From assembly GCA_036172245.1 (NCBI GenBank), contig JAYWIR010000010.1, positions 2,852,001-2,916,000 on the forward strand: a DNA stretch of 64,000 bases, written 5' to 3'. Shown here piece after piece: positions 1-12,700 of this stretch (position 1 is its first letter; each line of letters starts with the position of its first letter). Origin of the DNA: Raillietiella orientalis. Taxonomy: Eukaryota. Both the position numbers and the translations under genes were made by a program. Under the pieces are notes generated by a model. The model was not told the origin of the DNA, did not search any database, and saw only the letters and a program-made list of their open reading frames with translations.

Positions 1-516
1 TTTCCCATTCCCTCTTCTGTCGAAGTCATCCACCCCAGTCTGCGCCCCGGACACATGGCATGCTGTGCTAATGCCAGGACTTGGTAGGGCCAATGGCTCT
101 ATCATTTTGTAAATTTTAAGTTAACACCCCGGAGATCCGGGTGAAAATCGTCATTCCGCCTTTCGCGGGAACGCTGCTGCTCTGAGACCAGCGAATAGCA
201 ACGGGACCTCTGAACGACTCAACAGAGCACTCGAGGCGTTTGAAACGGGAGTCTGCTGTCGCCGCCAAAGCTCCGATTCTTCCTCTTCGGACAATTCTGT
301 GTGCTGAAGCTACGAGGAAGGAGCTACGCAGGTTTGCATGGAAACGGAACTGCTCATTTCCCTCGAAGAATCCCCTTCCGGCTTCAGGGGTTCCTCGCTA
401 GCACACACCTCACGTGCCAGTGAGGAAAGGGTCAGGTCAGGGCCTACTACCTTCAGCGAGATATATGTAATTTTTTTATCTTTTTCAGCCTCAGCAGCAG
501 CGTTGTATTGGTCAGG

Positions 517-736
517 CAGGTCGTCGGCTTATCTACATTCTATTGGCTGATCATCTTCCCATTGGTCCATCTTTGGGTCTTCGGCTGATCAATGTGTGGT
601 TGGCTCATATTCAGGTCTTCGACTCATCTCCAGGTCGTCGGCTCATCTGGTCTTGGACTCATCGCCGGATCGTTGGCTGAACATCGTGTAATCGGCTCAT
701 CTTCGGGTCTTTGGCTCATCTCCAACTTGGCTCACC
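517..736 (-). repeat. Degenerate 19-bp tandem array (about 12 units, core GATGAGCC on the - strand)
   Basis: Minus-strand units include GATGAGCCAAAGACCCGAA, GATGAGCCGATTACACGAT, GATGAGCCGACGACCTGGA, GATGAGTCGAAGACCTGAA and GATCAGCCGAAGACCCAAA. The period is mostly 19 nt. Confidence 0.85.
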
Positions 737-2198
737 TCGCAGCTAGAACGGTCGTCCCGGGTTTGTGGTGACTGGGCTGGCAGATCGTCCGCACGTTTTT
801 GTGCTGCCGGTGACCTGGCCCTTCGTCGACCTCGGCTCCACCGTCGCTTCTCCTGAAACGCTCCCTCCACATTCCCACTTGAGCGCTGCTCGCTGACGTA
901 TCCTCATCCGGTTCAGCCACGCAGCTGGTCCCGTTGCTCTTCTTGTATTGCTGCTGCCTGTCCTCGAGGGCGTGATCGTCCTGCGGTCTCAGAAAAAGGG
1001 CGCGAGTCATCCGGTAGCCGAGGGACGCCCGTCCCCGGCATCGCAAAAAGAAAAGAAATTTTTTTTACATTACCGCGCGGGTTTCTCAGCAACGAGAGTC
1101 CAACGCGTCCGCGCTGGACTGGTTCCGAATTCTGTAGGGCGAGAAGTTAATGCGCATATCGAACCACTACATATGGCGCTCTTGTCGATTCACAGAGGAA
1201 CAGCATCTTAGTGCGGCGCATCTTTAAGAAAGTGGCAAGAAGACAGGGAATGGTCGCTTAGGATGGAAAAATCCTGGATGTTGCTGCCGCCACCGAATCC
1301 GGTTCTCGTCATACGAAAGGATGGTGGCGCCATCGTCCCGTGTGTCTCCTGCCAATCTGAAAGCTCCTCGGAGGCGGTTTCCTGTCTCCGCGCGCCCATC
1401 GCCGCGCCACAAGAGGAAGGACTGCTTCTTTTGCGGCTCGTATCCACCTGGTGGCTTCACTCGAAACGATCCTCGAGCTCATCCACAGCGCTGAAAGTCT
1501 TCGTGAAGGAGAGCTTCACGGTCATGTGATCGTGATACGAGCTTTCCAGCTGCATCAGCCTTGGCATCCCGACGGGCAGGTGATGCTTCTAGGAACTCGC
1601 CCTGCCCGCCGGGATACGTCTTAGCCGCGGAAGTGTGACCTGAATGCCTCCGGAAGGCCCCCCACAGTAGCTCCCCTTCATCCAGAAGGCAGAAAAGGGA
1701 GAGGAATGAGTCTTCATACTCGCTCCGCGCATCAAGGGACGGAAGAGGAGAGCAGACGGCCTCTTGAGGACCAGAGTTATTGGAAAAACTCTTGGAAAAA
1801 CTCCGTGGAGTTTCTCGAAGGCAAATAGAAAGCCTCAGTGCCTCCGCGCTGAGATACAGGACTCCAGCTGCAGACGCCGGCACGCCGCTGGCGGGTCTCC
1901 TGTAGGCAAGGCGTCCGTTCCAGGCATCCTTCACCACGGGTCCGAAACCCGTAAGAGACTCTGCGGATAGAAAGACGCGGGTCGGGATGCATCTGTCGGA
2001 GGTGCTTGCGTCTGCAGCCGGATTGCCAGTTGGCCGGTCTTGCCATCAGGCAGTGTCAAAGGGATCTCCTGGCGGCTTTCCTGTCCGCGCCTGAAAGGTT
2101 CGTAACAGGAAAAGCCGTGTGAGCCCTTGTGGTGCAGAGAGTTGTGGTGTGCGCAGAGCGCTTCCAGTCGTAGCAAAAGAGCAAAAAGAAAAGGAAAA

Positions 2199-2218
2199 GA
2201 GAGAGAGAGAGAGAGAGA
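2199..2218. repeat. (GA)10 microsatellite
   Basis: Read directly from the sequence. Confidence 0.95.
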
Positions 2219-2289
2219 AGAGTTGGACGTGGAGATAAAAAATGTAGGGGATTCGAGGGATTCCTCATCATTTCAGTGCTTTTGGTACA

Positions 2290-3060
2290 CTCTGATGTGC
2301 CTGACTAGATCCTGGGAGTGCCCGACCGCTACAAGCGGTGCTTCGAAGAAAAATGGAACGTGAGAGCACGGGATCTGCAGATCGAAAACCAGGAGCGTGC
2401 GATTCTGTTGGAGGAGACCTTTGATGCTCTCTTTTCGTGGGATGAATCGCTCTCGGATAGAGCGCTTGTTGCGACGTTCTCATCCATGCGGTCGAACCTG
2501 CGGCGACAGGTCTTGCGGCCGAACGACGCAAAGGGGTATCTTCGGGAGATTTCGCGCGAAGGACGGATGGTGTGCAGCGAAAGGTTGAAAGGTGAGAACC
2601 GATTCCGAGCAACGTTTCCCATCAACCGTAGAGATTTTTCCGAGCCGATGTCCGGATTGTTCTCGCCAATGGGCTTCATGGTCACCTCCAATAAGCCTTG
2701 TTTTAGGCTAACCACACGGCTGCCGCAAGAATAGACCAACACGACAGAGGTGCCATCCATTGGACGAAACTCTTTCTGAGGATCGCCACGAGATGGCACA
2801 AACTAGGAACCGACAAGCACCAGCTTGCCAGCATCCTCCAGGAGATGAATGGGACATCGCGGAACACACAGTGATCCCTTCCCAATCTGCCCCCCCCATC
2901 CATCCCTCCAACAAACAATTGCATGACCTTTTCCTTGCTTGTTTTTTGTTTTGCTTTTCCCTGTCCCTCGTGCCCCCGCATCGGATCCCAAGTGGCAAGT
3001 GGTACTTCCTTTTCTTTCTTTTCAAAACTTTCTTTTTTTTGTAAGTGGTAAAGCCAAGTG
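2290..3060 (+). mobile_element. Degenerate DIRS/Ngaro tyrosine-recombinase (YR) C-terminus plus 3' terminal region
   Basis: ORF 2318-2734 (MRSNLRRQVLRPNDAKGYLRE...VCSERLKGENRFR) resembles the YR box 'LRxxLxxAGLxPxxYSGHSFR...IKxxGRW'. The downstream T-rich region shares CCTGTCC..CCGCAT with the terminal region at 41500-41800. Confidence 0.4.
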
Positions 3061-3249
3061 TTCTACCAAAAAGTGCACATCTATTATTTTTAAAATAAGT
3101 GCCCCCGCAAATCCGGGCGAAAAACCACAGGGTTGCCGCTCCTTCCTCACTGGGGACGCACTTGCAGCGACTGGTTTGTGATCCCAGAGGAAGTAAGTAA
3201 GGCGGTACAACCTTGAGACCGGTTTCAAGAGGAATCATCATAGAGGGAG

Positions 3250-4260
3250 AGACGAAATGCAAAAAGAATAGATCTGTCAGCGCCAGTCAATCGGGGAATG
3301 GTCCAGCAAGGATCCGTAAGTTCATCCGTGAACGCAGATCTAGGCCGCTTCAGCAAGGTGAAGAATGGGCACGCTCAGGGTGCAATCACATTTGATTATT
3401 TTGAAGTAATGCATTTATCTTCTCAGCATTGCTCCGATATCTGGAAAATATTATCCAAGCGAATTTGTCTTGCTGGTTCTCGCATCCAGGCATTCAAAAG
3501 CTGCATGTTTTCTGAGGTCTAAATAAGAGCTTGACACTGACAAAAGCATTCATCAGTGTCAAGGAGACGGCCTTTTTACAACTCCAGGCAGGATTCCAGA
3601 TGGAAATCTGCTCAGCTTACCTTGTAATAAGGAGAAACACTAATCCTGCTTAAGTCTTAGGGACAGCGTTATCTGTATGTGCCATTTTGTTGCCTATCTG
3701 AGCAGAGCTGCGGTGTTCAAAGCCCGTGAATGCTTCGGTAACGATAGCATCGCAGGAGACAAATCGCAGAGAGTTTTTGACATGTACGTGGACACAGTGG
3801 ATGGGTCTGTCTCAAGGACACCAGCGGAAAAGTTTGGTGTTGAATCCGATGAGTGTTGAAAATGGTGGAACTGGCCGAACATGTCTGATGGGGCGGTCCA
3901 GGGATGCATGAAATTTTCCACAGGCTTGTGCTCTCAAGGATGCTTTCATTTGTGCTTCAAGGGTTTGTTAAAGCACCAGAGAGGCATCATGAGGCTCATT
4001 AATCACGAGGATGCATCTTCGGCCAGCTCAAGAAGTGGAGTATGCTGTCCAGACAGATGCACGAAGTGGCATTCGAGGTGGAAAACTTCCCAAAGAATTT
4101 CCCTTGAAGATGTTCACCGTAGCATTCTGTTTAAGCCATGAAGAATCTTGCATGGTCAGTTAGGGATGGGAGATTTCTCATGAAGACCGGAAAAAAGTCT
4201 GACTCATTGCTGCAGGAGTGTATCAGAGAGGTCAGATGTTGAACTCGACATGTGCGGCAG
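3250..4260 (-). mobile_element. Degenerate ISL2EU/Harbinger-like DDE transposase relic
   Basis: Collinear fragments: ESDFFPVFMR..LTDHARFF (HTH_Tnp_4-like), HHFQH..TPNFSAGVLETDPSTVSTYMSK (YKxHNTxKFLVGIxPxG-like) and IGAMLRR*MHYFKII (ERAIGRxKxFKIL-like). Many stops and frameshifts. Confidence 0.55.
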
Positions 4261-5099
4261 TGTGAGGACTGCCTTCTCGAGAATCGCGCTGCTCGGAAGG
4301 AATGTTTAGTATAATCGTGACGGAAGGATTCGGAGACAAGGATGATCTTGAACGAGCAGAATGAGGTCGGACGTTCCTGAAGGACAAGAATTACCGCTTG
4401 CTGCACGCATGATGCCGGTACTAGGTCGAATGCGAATTCCCAATTCAACTGAAGTCCTGGAAATCCAACTCCCACAATTTCGTGTTCTTATGGTTCCTCT
4501 TGGAGGACGACTCTTACAACTGCTTTTCATAAGGTTCCCCGTTTGTCCCTTTCGTCAAGCCGTTAGCATCCTGAAGCCCAAACTCAAGGATCAGTTCGAG
4601 TTTCTGTGGTCACCTGCAGTGAGCACTCTGTGAGCAACAAAATCTGTAACCCGGGTTGCAATAGAGCCAGAGGCTGACTGAAATTACAGTCAACGGTCCT
4701 TGAAATCCTCCAAGAGTCGTCCTGTTTGGCACGCTGGTAAGTGAACGGGAGAAAAGGGGTAATGGAGGAGCAGCCAGATGCCGCTTCTGCCTTTCGACTG
4801 CAGCAATACCCACTCGATCATGACAGAAGAGAAGTTAATCTCTCGTTGAACATCTGCGTCTGTGGGTGAGATATCCGGCCACTTGCCAGCACGTGCACAT
4901 CCTTGTCTCAAAGGCGCTCACCTGGAACACCAGTCAGATGCTGAAACTTGGCCCAGAACGATTTAAGATTCCCTTATGTGCCGCCTACGATGCACCAAGC
5001 CAGATGGTGCGTTGATAGTCGATGGAAGAAGAGACTCTTGGTGCTTATTGCATGACCGCTTGCAGACAGTACCCATTTCCTCATGAGGAGGGCCAATTA

Positions 5100-6350
5100 G
5101 AGATCCATAGACCCAGTGATCATTAGACGTGGTATCGGAAGTCTTTTATAAGTTTGGCGTTATGTCGTTTTGTTGGGAAATTCGAAGCTGATTGGCAATG
5201 CCTAAGGACAAAGTAAAAAGGAGGAGTCGCGGAAGCATCGTCACTTCCAAGCCAACTGAGCGGTTCGGTTGTCGTAACTGAGATAGACCAGAAGGACTTT
5301 CTAGACTGAAGAACACTGACAAACGCCGGAACTGCCACCTAAGAAGGAACCTGAAGGATGTCTCCAATTTCTCGACAGTGGAACGTAGAATTCTTCTCAG
5401 GTCTTCAGGGAAATTTGCCAAATTTGCTAATGCCCCCGAAGATTCTCAGGGTACAAACAAATGCGATTTTCAAATCGTCTTCACGGAGAGGAAAGAAAGG
5501 AGCGTCCAAAAGAACTGACCTTGGAGACAGCACGTGCTCCCACAACCAACGCTGCCATGGGCCCGGTTCACCGAGTGGTAACAGATAAATTGTTCAGACA
5601 TAAGCAGGCAAAACACCACTGATTCTCGTGGTGAAGGTGTAGAGAGTTGGGATCTTCTTAGGACGGCCTAGAAAACCTCGTCCTGCATCCTGGATTCTGG
5701 GAAAAGAGACTTTGATAAAGGAGAAAGGCGCTACCATTGTTTCCCAATGATGATGAGGGGGACTTCAAGGGGCTTGCGTGCTGCGTGCTATATCTAAATA
5801 TATTAATCACAAATTTTTGCTATACAAAACAAAATATACAGGGAGGAAGCTCTAGCTAGCCTGATCATTCTTCTCAGCCGCTCTCAGTCTGAGTCATCCT
5901 CAGTTACTTAGTCAAAGAACGATCTTCGCGTTCTTCTGGAGTCTATTCCGTGCCAGTCTTTATCTGATTACGTGAGTTCTGGAGCTTCATCAGAAGGACA
6001 TCCCAGCCAATGAGTCCAGAAGGAATCCTTACTGTGTCGAGACGATCAGCTTGAGTCTGAGGTCAGCATACAAATGAGGGACTCCCAGGTCTCTCAATGT
6101 ATCTTTGTCCATGACATTCCATGATTCCAGAAAGCCAACAGCAAGACCCGAACATACGTCTGGATTTCGGATAAGGAGAAAAGGAGAGCCGTTTCACGGT
6201 GCTTCGTCGTCTTTCCCACGCATTTTTGGTTGAGCATCCCTGCCGTATTTTCATGCAAGGTAGCACATGGGTCCAAGGTGTTGATTTTGTTTCCTTCCCT
6301 CAGCATGAGCTCCAGCTTCCATGTTGGACCCACTCTACAAAAAAAACATT
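5100..6350 (-). mobile_element. Degenerate piggyBac-like transposase relic
   Basis: LSEIQTYVRVLLLAFWNHG resembles EIKAFIGLLILMG. GQFFWTLL...LANFPEDL resembles DNFFTS...NRxxFPxxL. The order is as expected. Confidence 0.4.
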
Positions 6351-8779
6351 CTGGATCACTACCTCTCATCAACTAGTGATTTGTCTCTTCACCCTGTGAA
6401 CGAGGCGTTCGTCATATCACTCAGTATAGAGTCAAGGCAGCAAAGCACAGCATATCATATGTTAGTGGTCTCATATGTTAGTCGTTAGTTTCCATCAATG
6501 GCAGCGCCTGCAGAACCGATTTTCTTGCAGATCCGTGCAGCTGCGCAAGAATGAAGCTGAAGATGGAGAACTGCGTGTGTTTGTCGATGTAGAGGAGACG
6601 GCTCGATGCTCGGTGTAGTCGGAGCATACGTCACGGCTTTTCCCCGGTCCAGGCGAGTTTCAGTAAGGGACGCGATCGGCGTTACGCTGGATAGCACGGT
6701 CTGCTGTAAGGAACTTCTTTCTCTCCCTTTAAAGGTGGAATGGGAGTTCTTCAAAGGTGGTTTACCCATGTGCATGGCCCCTTGGTTGCCGTGCGTACTG
6801 ATGCCCGCCAACTTGCAGTCCACAGAGTCTCGACGTCACGAGCTTGCCTGGGAGACTTGCCAGACATATCACCCAGCATGCAGCAGCTAAGATGTTCACC
6901 CATCGGTAGAGTCAAGATTCTTTTCATCGCTCCGTAAGGAGAGTGTTCCTGATCAAGTCTGCTACCCTTTTCAGATGATCTTAATAGCTTCAAGCCGCTG
7001 ACAGTAAAGGCGTCAGCGTCGCCCAGGAGCTTAAAAACTTTAGGGCGGTCTCTTTAGCGTTCTCAGTGTAGGTACTCACTGGTTGTCCTTGGAGGAAGAT
7101 GTAGGAATCATTATTTTGTTCATACTGCGTGCTTGGTCTCACGAATACCTTTGTGCCGCGTTCTTCAAGACATGATGCAAAAAGCGTCATTTCAAGCTTC
7201 CGAGGATGCCATCATGAATCCAGGACATTCTGTTATTATGTACATCGGCCGATGTAGATCTCTCCCCCCTCTAGACAAGGGACAGAGGACAAAAGACAAA
7301 TCATCCCTTTGCATTTCCGTCAAGGGAGGGGGGGAGTAAATAAAGAATCCTGAAAGAAGGGTGTGGCATTGCATACCCGTGCAAAGCAAAAGCAAAAGAT
7401 TGCAGTTCAAGTCAAAGTCTGAATCCCTTACTTGTATCTCTCTAGCCATTTCCAGAAAGCACGGTGAGGCAATCGAAGCTCATCCGGACGACACTAGGGA
7501 CAAATTCAGTATTCTTTATTTATTGTACTCTTTGTTTTTATTCTTATCTTGCTGTTATTTTCTTTTATTGGAACCTGTTCTGTCCAGCTCTTTTTTCAGG
7601 CAACGCAGACAAAACTTCTACAGATGGAACGAACTCTAAAAAATTCGAATTGATTTGCAAAGGACTTCTGGACCAGTGCGCAAGCACTGCTCAGTAGTTT
7701 CAATCAAATCATGGTGGAGAAAGCCTTCTCAGTATCACCTGCGAAGATCATGAGAAGGCATATGCTTTCAACACAGAAAACCATGGAGTGACGTATAGCT
7801 GCGCTGTACAGAACAATGATAAGGCAAGGAGAAATGGTAAAGGAAGCAAGCGAGTGTTGCAGTAAAGAAGCTTTTTCTGCTTGCATCCCTTCTTCAGTGC
7901 TGGTGTCACGAAAGCCTCGAAAGTTTTGTGCGCGCAGAGTAGCCACCAGAGCCTTCACGTATATCTGTTCAAAGTCTCCATCATACTCCAACATACCCCT
8001 CCCCCCCACCTCTGCAAAAAACAAAAAAACAAAAAAGCTGACTGCTTGCCCTTTGTAGGCACGTAATTTGCGAAAGCACACTCTTTCAGCATTCTAATGC
8101 TTTGCTTTCTCGGCTTTTGTTTCGAGCTAGAAGTTGCATTTGTGTCGGAAGGTCTGTTTGCGGAATCTTTTTTCGTCAGAGGAAGATGAGCATTTTGCAA
8201 AGGTCTCATTTCATCATCAGATCATTAATGCACATCTCCAAATTTCTTCATCCAGCGATATTCGTGCAGACGAAGCCATCATGTCTTAACGACTGATCGA
8301 GACGAACGGAGTAAAGGGTCTGCATTTAGGATCCAGTTCTTGCTGCTGGCATCTGGTCCGTGCACCATGTGCAAGCCAAGTAGGACCATGCTATCCAGGT
8401 TTTACTTGGATCATCAGAATGGACTGCGGACTGCTTCTTTTTTTTTTGGGGTTGGCATCGTCGGATCTTTCTCGCCGTGCACCTTCCCTCTGCACTCGTT
8501 CCAGACAAGAAATTGAGTTCATACGCCCTCGCATGCAAAAGTCCAATCCTGTGCTTCATTCTCGTCTGCTCCCGGAATGCCTCTTAGCGTGCCAGCTGGT
8601 CGATTTCGGAAAGTCGCGAGTCCTCGAATTTACCTTGGACAGCGGTGCTGCGTCCGATTCCTCCAGCAAAGAACGCACGACGGAAAATCCGAGCGCTCGG
8701 GTCCACAGCGCGCTCATCAATGCACGATATCCTTAAGAGGCAGCCGTTACGTAAAGATGCTGCGGCAAAGACCTTCGCG

Positions 8780-8911
8780 ATGAAAGAAGTGACAGAATCG
8801 GTACAAGCATCTTCATGCTCCCCATTTGTCTTATTTTTCGTCCTTGCTCTTCTTACTCTTGCTGCCGCATTGATTTTCGTGACGCAACCCACGCGCGGAG
8901 AAGATACGGAA
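8780..8911 (+). CDS. Candidate first coding exon of a secreted or membrane protein (MKEVTESVQASSCSPFVLFFVLALLTLAAALIFVTQPTRGEDTE)
   Basis: ATG followed by 44 codons with a strong hydrophobic signal-peptide core and a TRG|ED-like cleavage site. It ends exactly at a consensus GTGAGT donor (phase 0). Downstream exons are not resolved. Confidence 0.45.
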
Positions 8912-10139
8912 GTGAGTGCGAGGACACAAAAGTGTCTCGTAGATCGCCGAAGGCGCAGAGGGCGTCAGAGGTCGGCAGAGCAGTGACGGTTCACAACTCT
9001 GCTGCTGGAAGGAGTCTTCTTCCAGTCGAAATCCAGAGAACAGGTCACGCGCGGGTTTCGAGCGACCGACTGTGTTCTACCGGAAACTTCGCTGCCTGAT
9101 CATCCAGCCAGTACAGACCAAAGACCAAGTGGGTCGATCGCCACTCCTTCCGGTCGCAACTGCTACATCGCTGCAAATTACTGCTGCATGTGGGACCATT
9201 TGGCTGCGTAGCATGGGAGACAGCCTCAAGAGATGAGCCCCTCTGACAGGTCACCAGCGTGTACAGTCACATCCCGGTTGCGAACATTAGATGCAGACGA
9301 GGGGTAAAAACGGTGATGGGTCACAGTCTTCGCCATTCTCTGCGCGAATTCATCCTCTCTACCTAGTCCTTTGTACGAAGCTGCGGTCCTCAGGGAAACC
9401 GCTTGTCACGGCCGATGGTCCAATCCGCGCCTTTAGCGTACATCACGAAAATGCCGCACTTCAGAACACGTCATTCCTTTCTTGAGGTGCTTCCAAAGGA
9501 TCCGGAGGATCTTCGGCTCCTACGGAAAACCTCCAGGCTCCCTGCGATCCTCCGCCGATGCAGTCACGAAAAGTTCCTGCGGGTTTGCCAGTGCTGCAGA
9601 TCGCACTCTAGGTGATCACGGAAGTTCCTGAGATGGAACCAACGCAGCCTCCACGGGACCCGATTGTTTCGCCGAATATGGGCTGTTTGTTCAGATTTCT
9701 TGCATGCAATAATAAAGTAGAAAGAGCATTTCAAGTCCTTTTCAAAAGGGGATGGAAACAGATGAAGACGGGAGTGTGCACAGCTGCTTGCTTCTCTTCA
9801 GCGTCTCCTTAGATTTTCGGGAAGGTGATCCATTAAGTGTTCCTGACACGTTTTGGGCGTACTGCACGTTCGACCACGCCACCCCTTTCCTGATGTGGCT
9901 GGCCTACTTCTTCTTGGGAATTTTCCATCCCCCCGAACAGCTCATCTCGTTTCTCAGTTCCCTAGGTCCAGAGGCCTGCGACGACTGCTCCTGCGGTGGC
10001 GCGCCCTCTCTCCTGTGCAAGAGAAGTCAGTCCTCGCTCCTCGTTCTTCTTCTCAGCGTCTTCCGGCACCACTGATGGATGCTCGTAGGGGCAAACGACG
10101 TCCGCTTGCAAAGTTGAGAGTCATGCATGATACCGCTAC

Positions 10140-12700
10140 TACACCAGCAATGTATATAAAATAGTGGCGACCCCACGAGGAGATCGTTACTATTTGCATA
10201 GAATGATTATCACCCGATTATGCCGGGGCATTTATTACTTAGAGTAATAAACATACATGCTATGATAGAAACGCACCAGGCGCAAGGAACCTGCCGAGGA
10301 CCGGTACGCAGACCGGCGAGGTCCGCCTCGGCAGCGTAGGGGATGGGAAAACAAAAACAAAAGATTAAACAAAGAAAATAGAGTAGGGGAATTCATGCAC
10401 AGGGATGGGGGGAGTCGAGGAAGGGATCACGGTATGCTACCAGGCGACTCCGGCAGGATGCTGGCAATTTCTATCCGGATAGTGCCTAGATGAGGCCATC
10501 TCGAGGAGGTCCTCAGGAATATTTGCGTCCAGTGGATGGAGCTCCTGCCATTCCGACCTCTTCTTCCCGCGTTTCAGGCTGCCACATTCCGCGGATACAG
10601 GAGGAAGAAACTGCTAGGGACCCGGCTGGCGGCAGAGCGGCACGCGCGAAGAGGCGTTTCCAAATGTCCCTGGGCCGCCTGCTGGGGTTCCTAGGATCGT
10701 CGCGAGGAGATTCCAAAGGGGTCGGAGGCAGCACAGTCCAACAGCAGGTGCGGGAGGGTCTCCTTCCCGCACCTGTCTGAGAGTCCGCGCTCTCCCGTGT
10801 CCAGTGGTGAAGGCGCGCTTTGCATATCAGCAGCGCCGACTCCTTCCGCTTGAGGAGGAGCGTCTTGGGTGATGGAAATCCTTCTAAGTTCTTTTTCTGT
10901 CTCCGCTGTTTTCCATTCAGCTTGCTTTTTTTCGGTTTTTCGTTTTTTTTTGGATCGCTCAAGAGACAACGCGCACCTGGAGGCTCACGCAGCACTTTCA
11001 TGTTGTTCGACGCCAGCCGAGGGTGTGTGTAATTCTTCGAGATAGGGAGTACCTCGAGAGGAGACTGCCCTATGAATCCAGGAAGGGCCAGGACTCCGCT
11101 CCTCCCACGCTAGGGAGGGATCCCCGAAGGGAACCCTCCATCCTGGTTGTCTCCGAAGGTGAACCCTGAAGGGAATCTCCTTCCTCATTCTCTCCGGAGG
11201 AAATACTGGAGGGGTCCGCTGAATTTTTCTTCTCCGAAGGAGAATCCGGAAAGGATTCGCTAGTAGGAGTGGAATTTCTCCTCTGGAGGGAAACTCCCGG
11301 GAAGGGAACCGCTTCTGTTTATCTCTCTAAAGAGAACCCCGAAGAAACGCTTCCGAAATTCAGAAGAGCACGCTTCTTTGCACTCTCTGGAGAAGTGCAC
11401 ACCTGCCCCATGGTAAGACTCAAAGGGTCCTCTGGAGGGTCCTCTCCTTTCACAACCGGAGGGAAACTCCCGCTCCTTGATTCCTGGAAGGACTTGGAGG
11501 TCCACCCCGATTGTCCCAGCCACTCATCGGGAGCATCCGGTTATTACCGCTACCGGCGCCGCACCCGAATGAATAGAGGCCAACCAGCACCATATTACAG
11601 GAGGAACTCGGACCCACGACTCACTCCTATCTATGGGCATCGATTCTTTCCGAGTAACCCGCGACGCCTGGTGTCAATCACGGAGACCGCGACCACGTGG
11701 CCTCCAGCGAGGGCAAATTTCGGTCGCGTTAAGGTTGAACACCCTCCGCACCCGGTAATTAGAGGTAAGCGACCCCCATGAATTCTTCCAATGATTCCTT
11801 TCTTGCACATTTAGTCATGGCCTCTCAAAAGAACCTTCGGGAGCAAGCATGAATGTGCTGCATTTCACGAATGCAACCTGCATCTCTTTTCCGAAACTTA
11901 TGTCCATAGGCAGATAGACCGAAAATCTATTCGAGAACTCCCGAGCTGAAGAGACCCACCGAGAAAGGAGATCTGCTGCAATCCAGTTTCTCACCTCCTC
12001 TGCATAAGACCGGGATCTCGAATGAAAGGTGGCACGTCGACTGGCTGCTTCTCAGGTCTCCCTTCTTAGGTGTCCCAGAGAGGTTGAACTCCGGTCCAGA
12101 GGTTCAAATGGAGGCTGAACTGCAATAGCCGATGGACTAGTGGGAGCTTCTCCAAAGTGCTGAAGCTTGTGCGGGAGGAGCTAATTCTCAGACACCGAAG
12201 CACTGGAGCCCTCCTCCCGAGCATCATATGCGCTGCACTTTCGATTCCCATCATTTTTCTTCCCATCCCGCATGTATCCAGGAAAAAAATCCTCTTAGAG
12301 TCTGGGGAAGAGACATTCTCGCCAATCGCGTCCAGGGGCATCGAGTCCGTGGACTCATCGTGAGCTCTGTCAGGAGGAACTTTCCCCTCTTACCAGACTT
12401 TTCTCCGGAAGGATGGAGGGGAACAGATAGAAGCGAGTGCTGTCCGAGGAGGGGGGACCTTCTCGTCCCTAGTCCACGAGAGTCCTTCGAGGCCTCCATT
12501 ATCGGAGGGCATCTTCCTTCGAAGCCGCGCAAAACCTTTGGCCCCTCTATCACGAGTGGCCTATCGTGACCCCCCACCTTCCTCCTTGGAAAGGAGACCC
12601 ACAACTGGAAGAATTTCCCTCTTTCATATAGGGACGACGACCTTTGACCCTCTATCATCCTTCCTCTCCCACTCGTCCCGATTTCGGAGCAGAAACTTTC
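10140..12700 (-). mobile_element. Degenerate DIRS/Ngaro retrotransposon (RT - RNase H - YR - structured 3' end), interrupted by SINE copy A
   Basis: GKFFQLWVSFPRRKVGGHDRPLVI..MEASK resembles the RT start FYSRLFLVPKKDGGxRP..MET. NWIAADLLSR (about 11960-11990) resembles the RNase H end NxxADxLSR. WKRLFARAALPP...GRKY resembles the YR end. A hairpin-rich 3' region with AATAAA on the - strand lies near 10235. Confidence 0.55.
10926..11703 (-). mobile_element. tRNA-derived long SINE-like element, copy A (head, body, A-rich tail)
   Basis: Head GGCCACGTGG...GTCGCGGGTT aligns with copies D and E. The body is collinear with copies B and C (e.g. GTCCTTCCAGGAATCAAGGAG, CCTTCGGAGACAACCAGG). The T-run at 10926-10951 is the A-rich tail. 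Confidence 0.8.

Noticed and set aside
517..736. CRISPR-like repeat-spacer array
   Set aside because: The conserved core is only about 8 nt, the linkers are related to each other, there are no cas genes and the context is eukaryotic.
1200..1700. Possible non-LTR RT fragment (MTVKLSFTKTFSAVD, - strand)
   Set aside because: Only a single weak motif; not enough support to call.
10163..10175. TGGCGACC as an LTR primer-binding site
   Set aside because: No paired LTRs or gag-pol follow, and the motif is part of a local hairpin.
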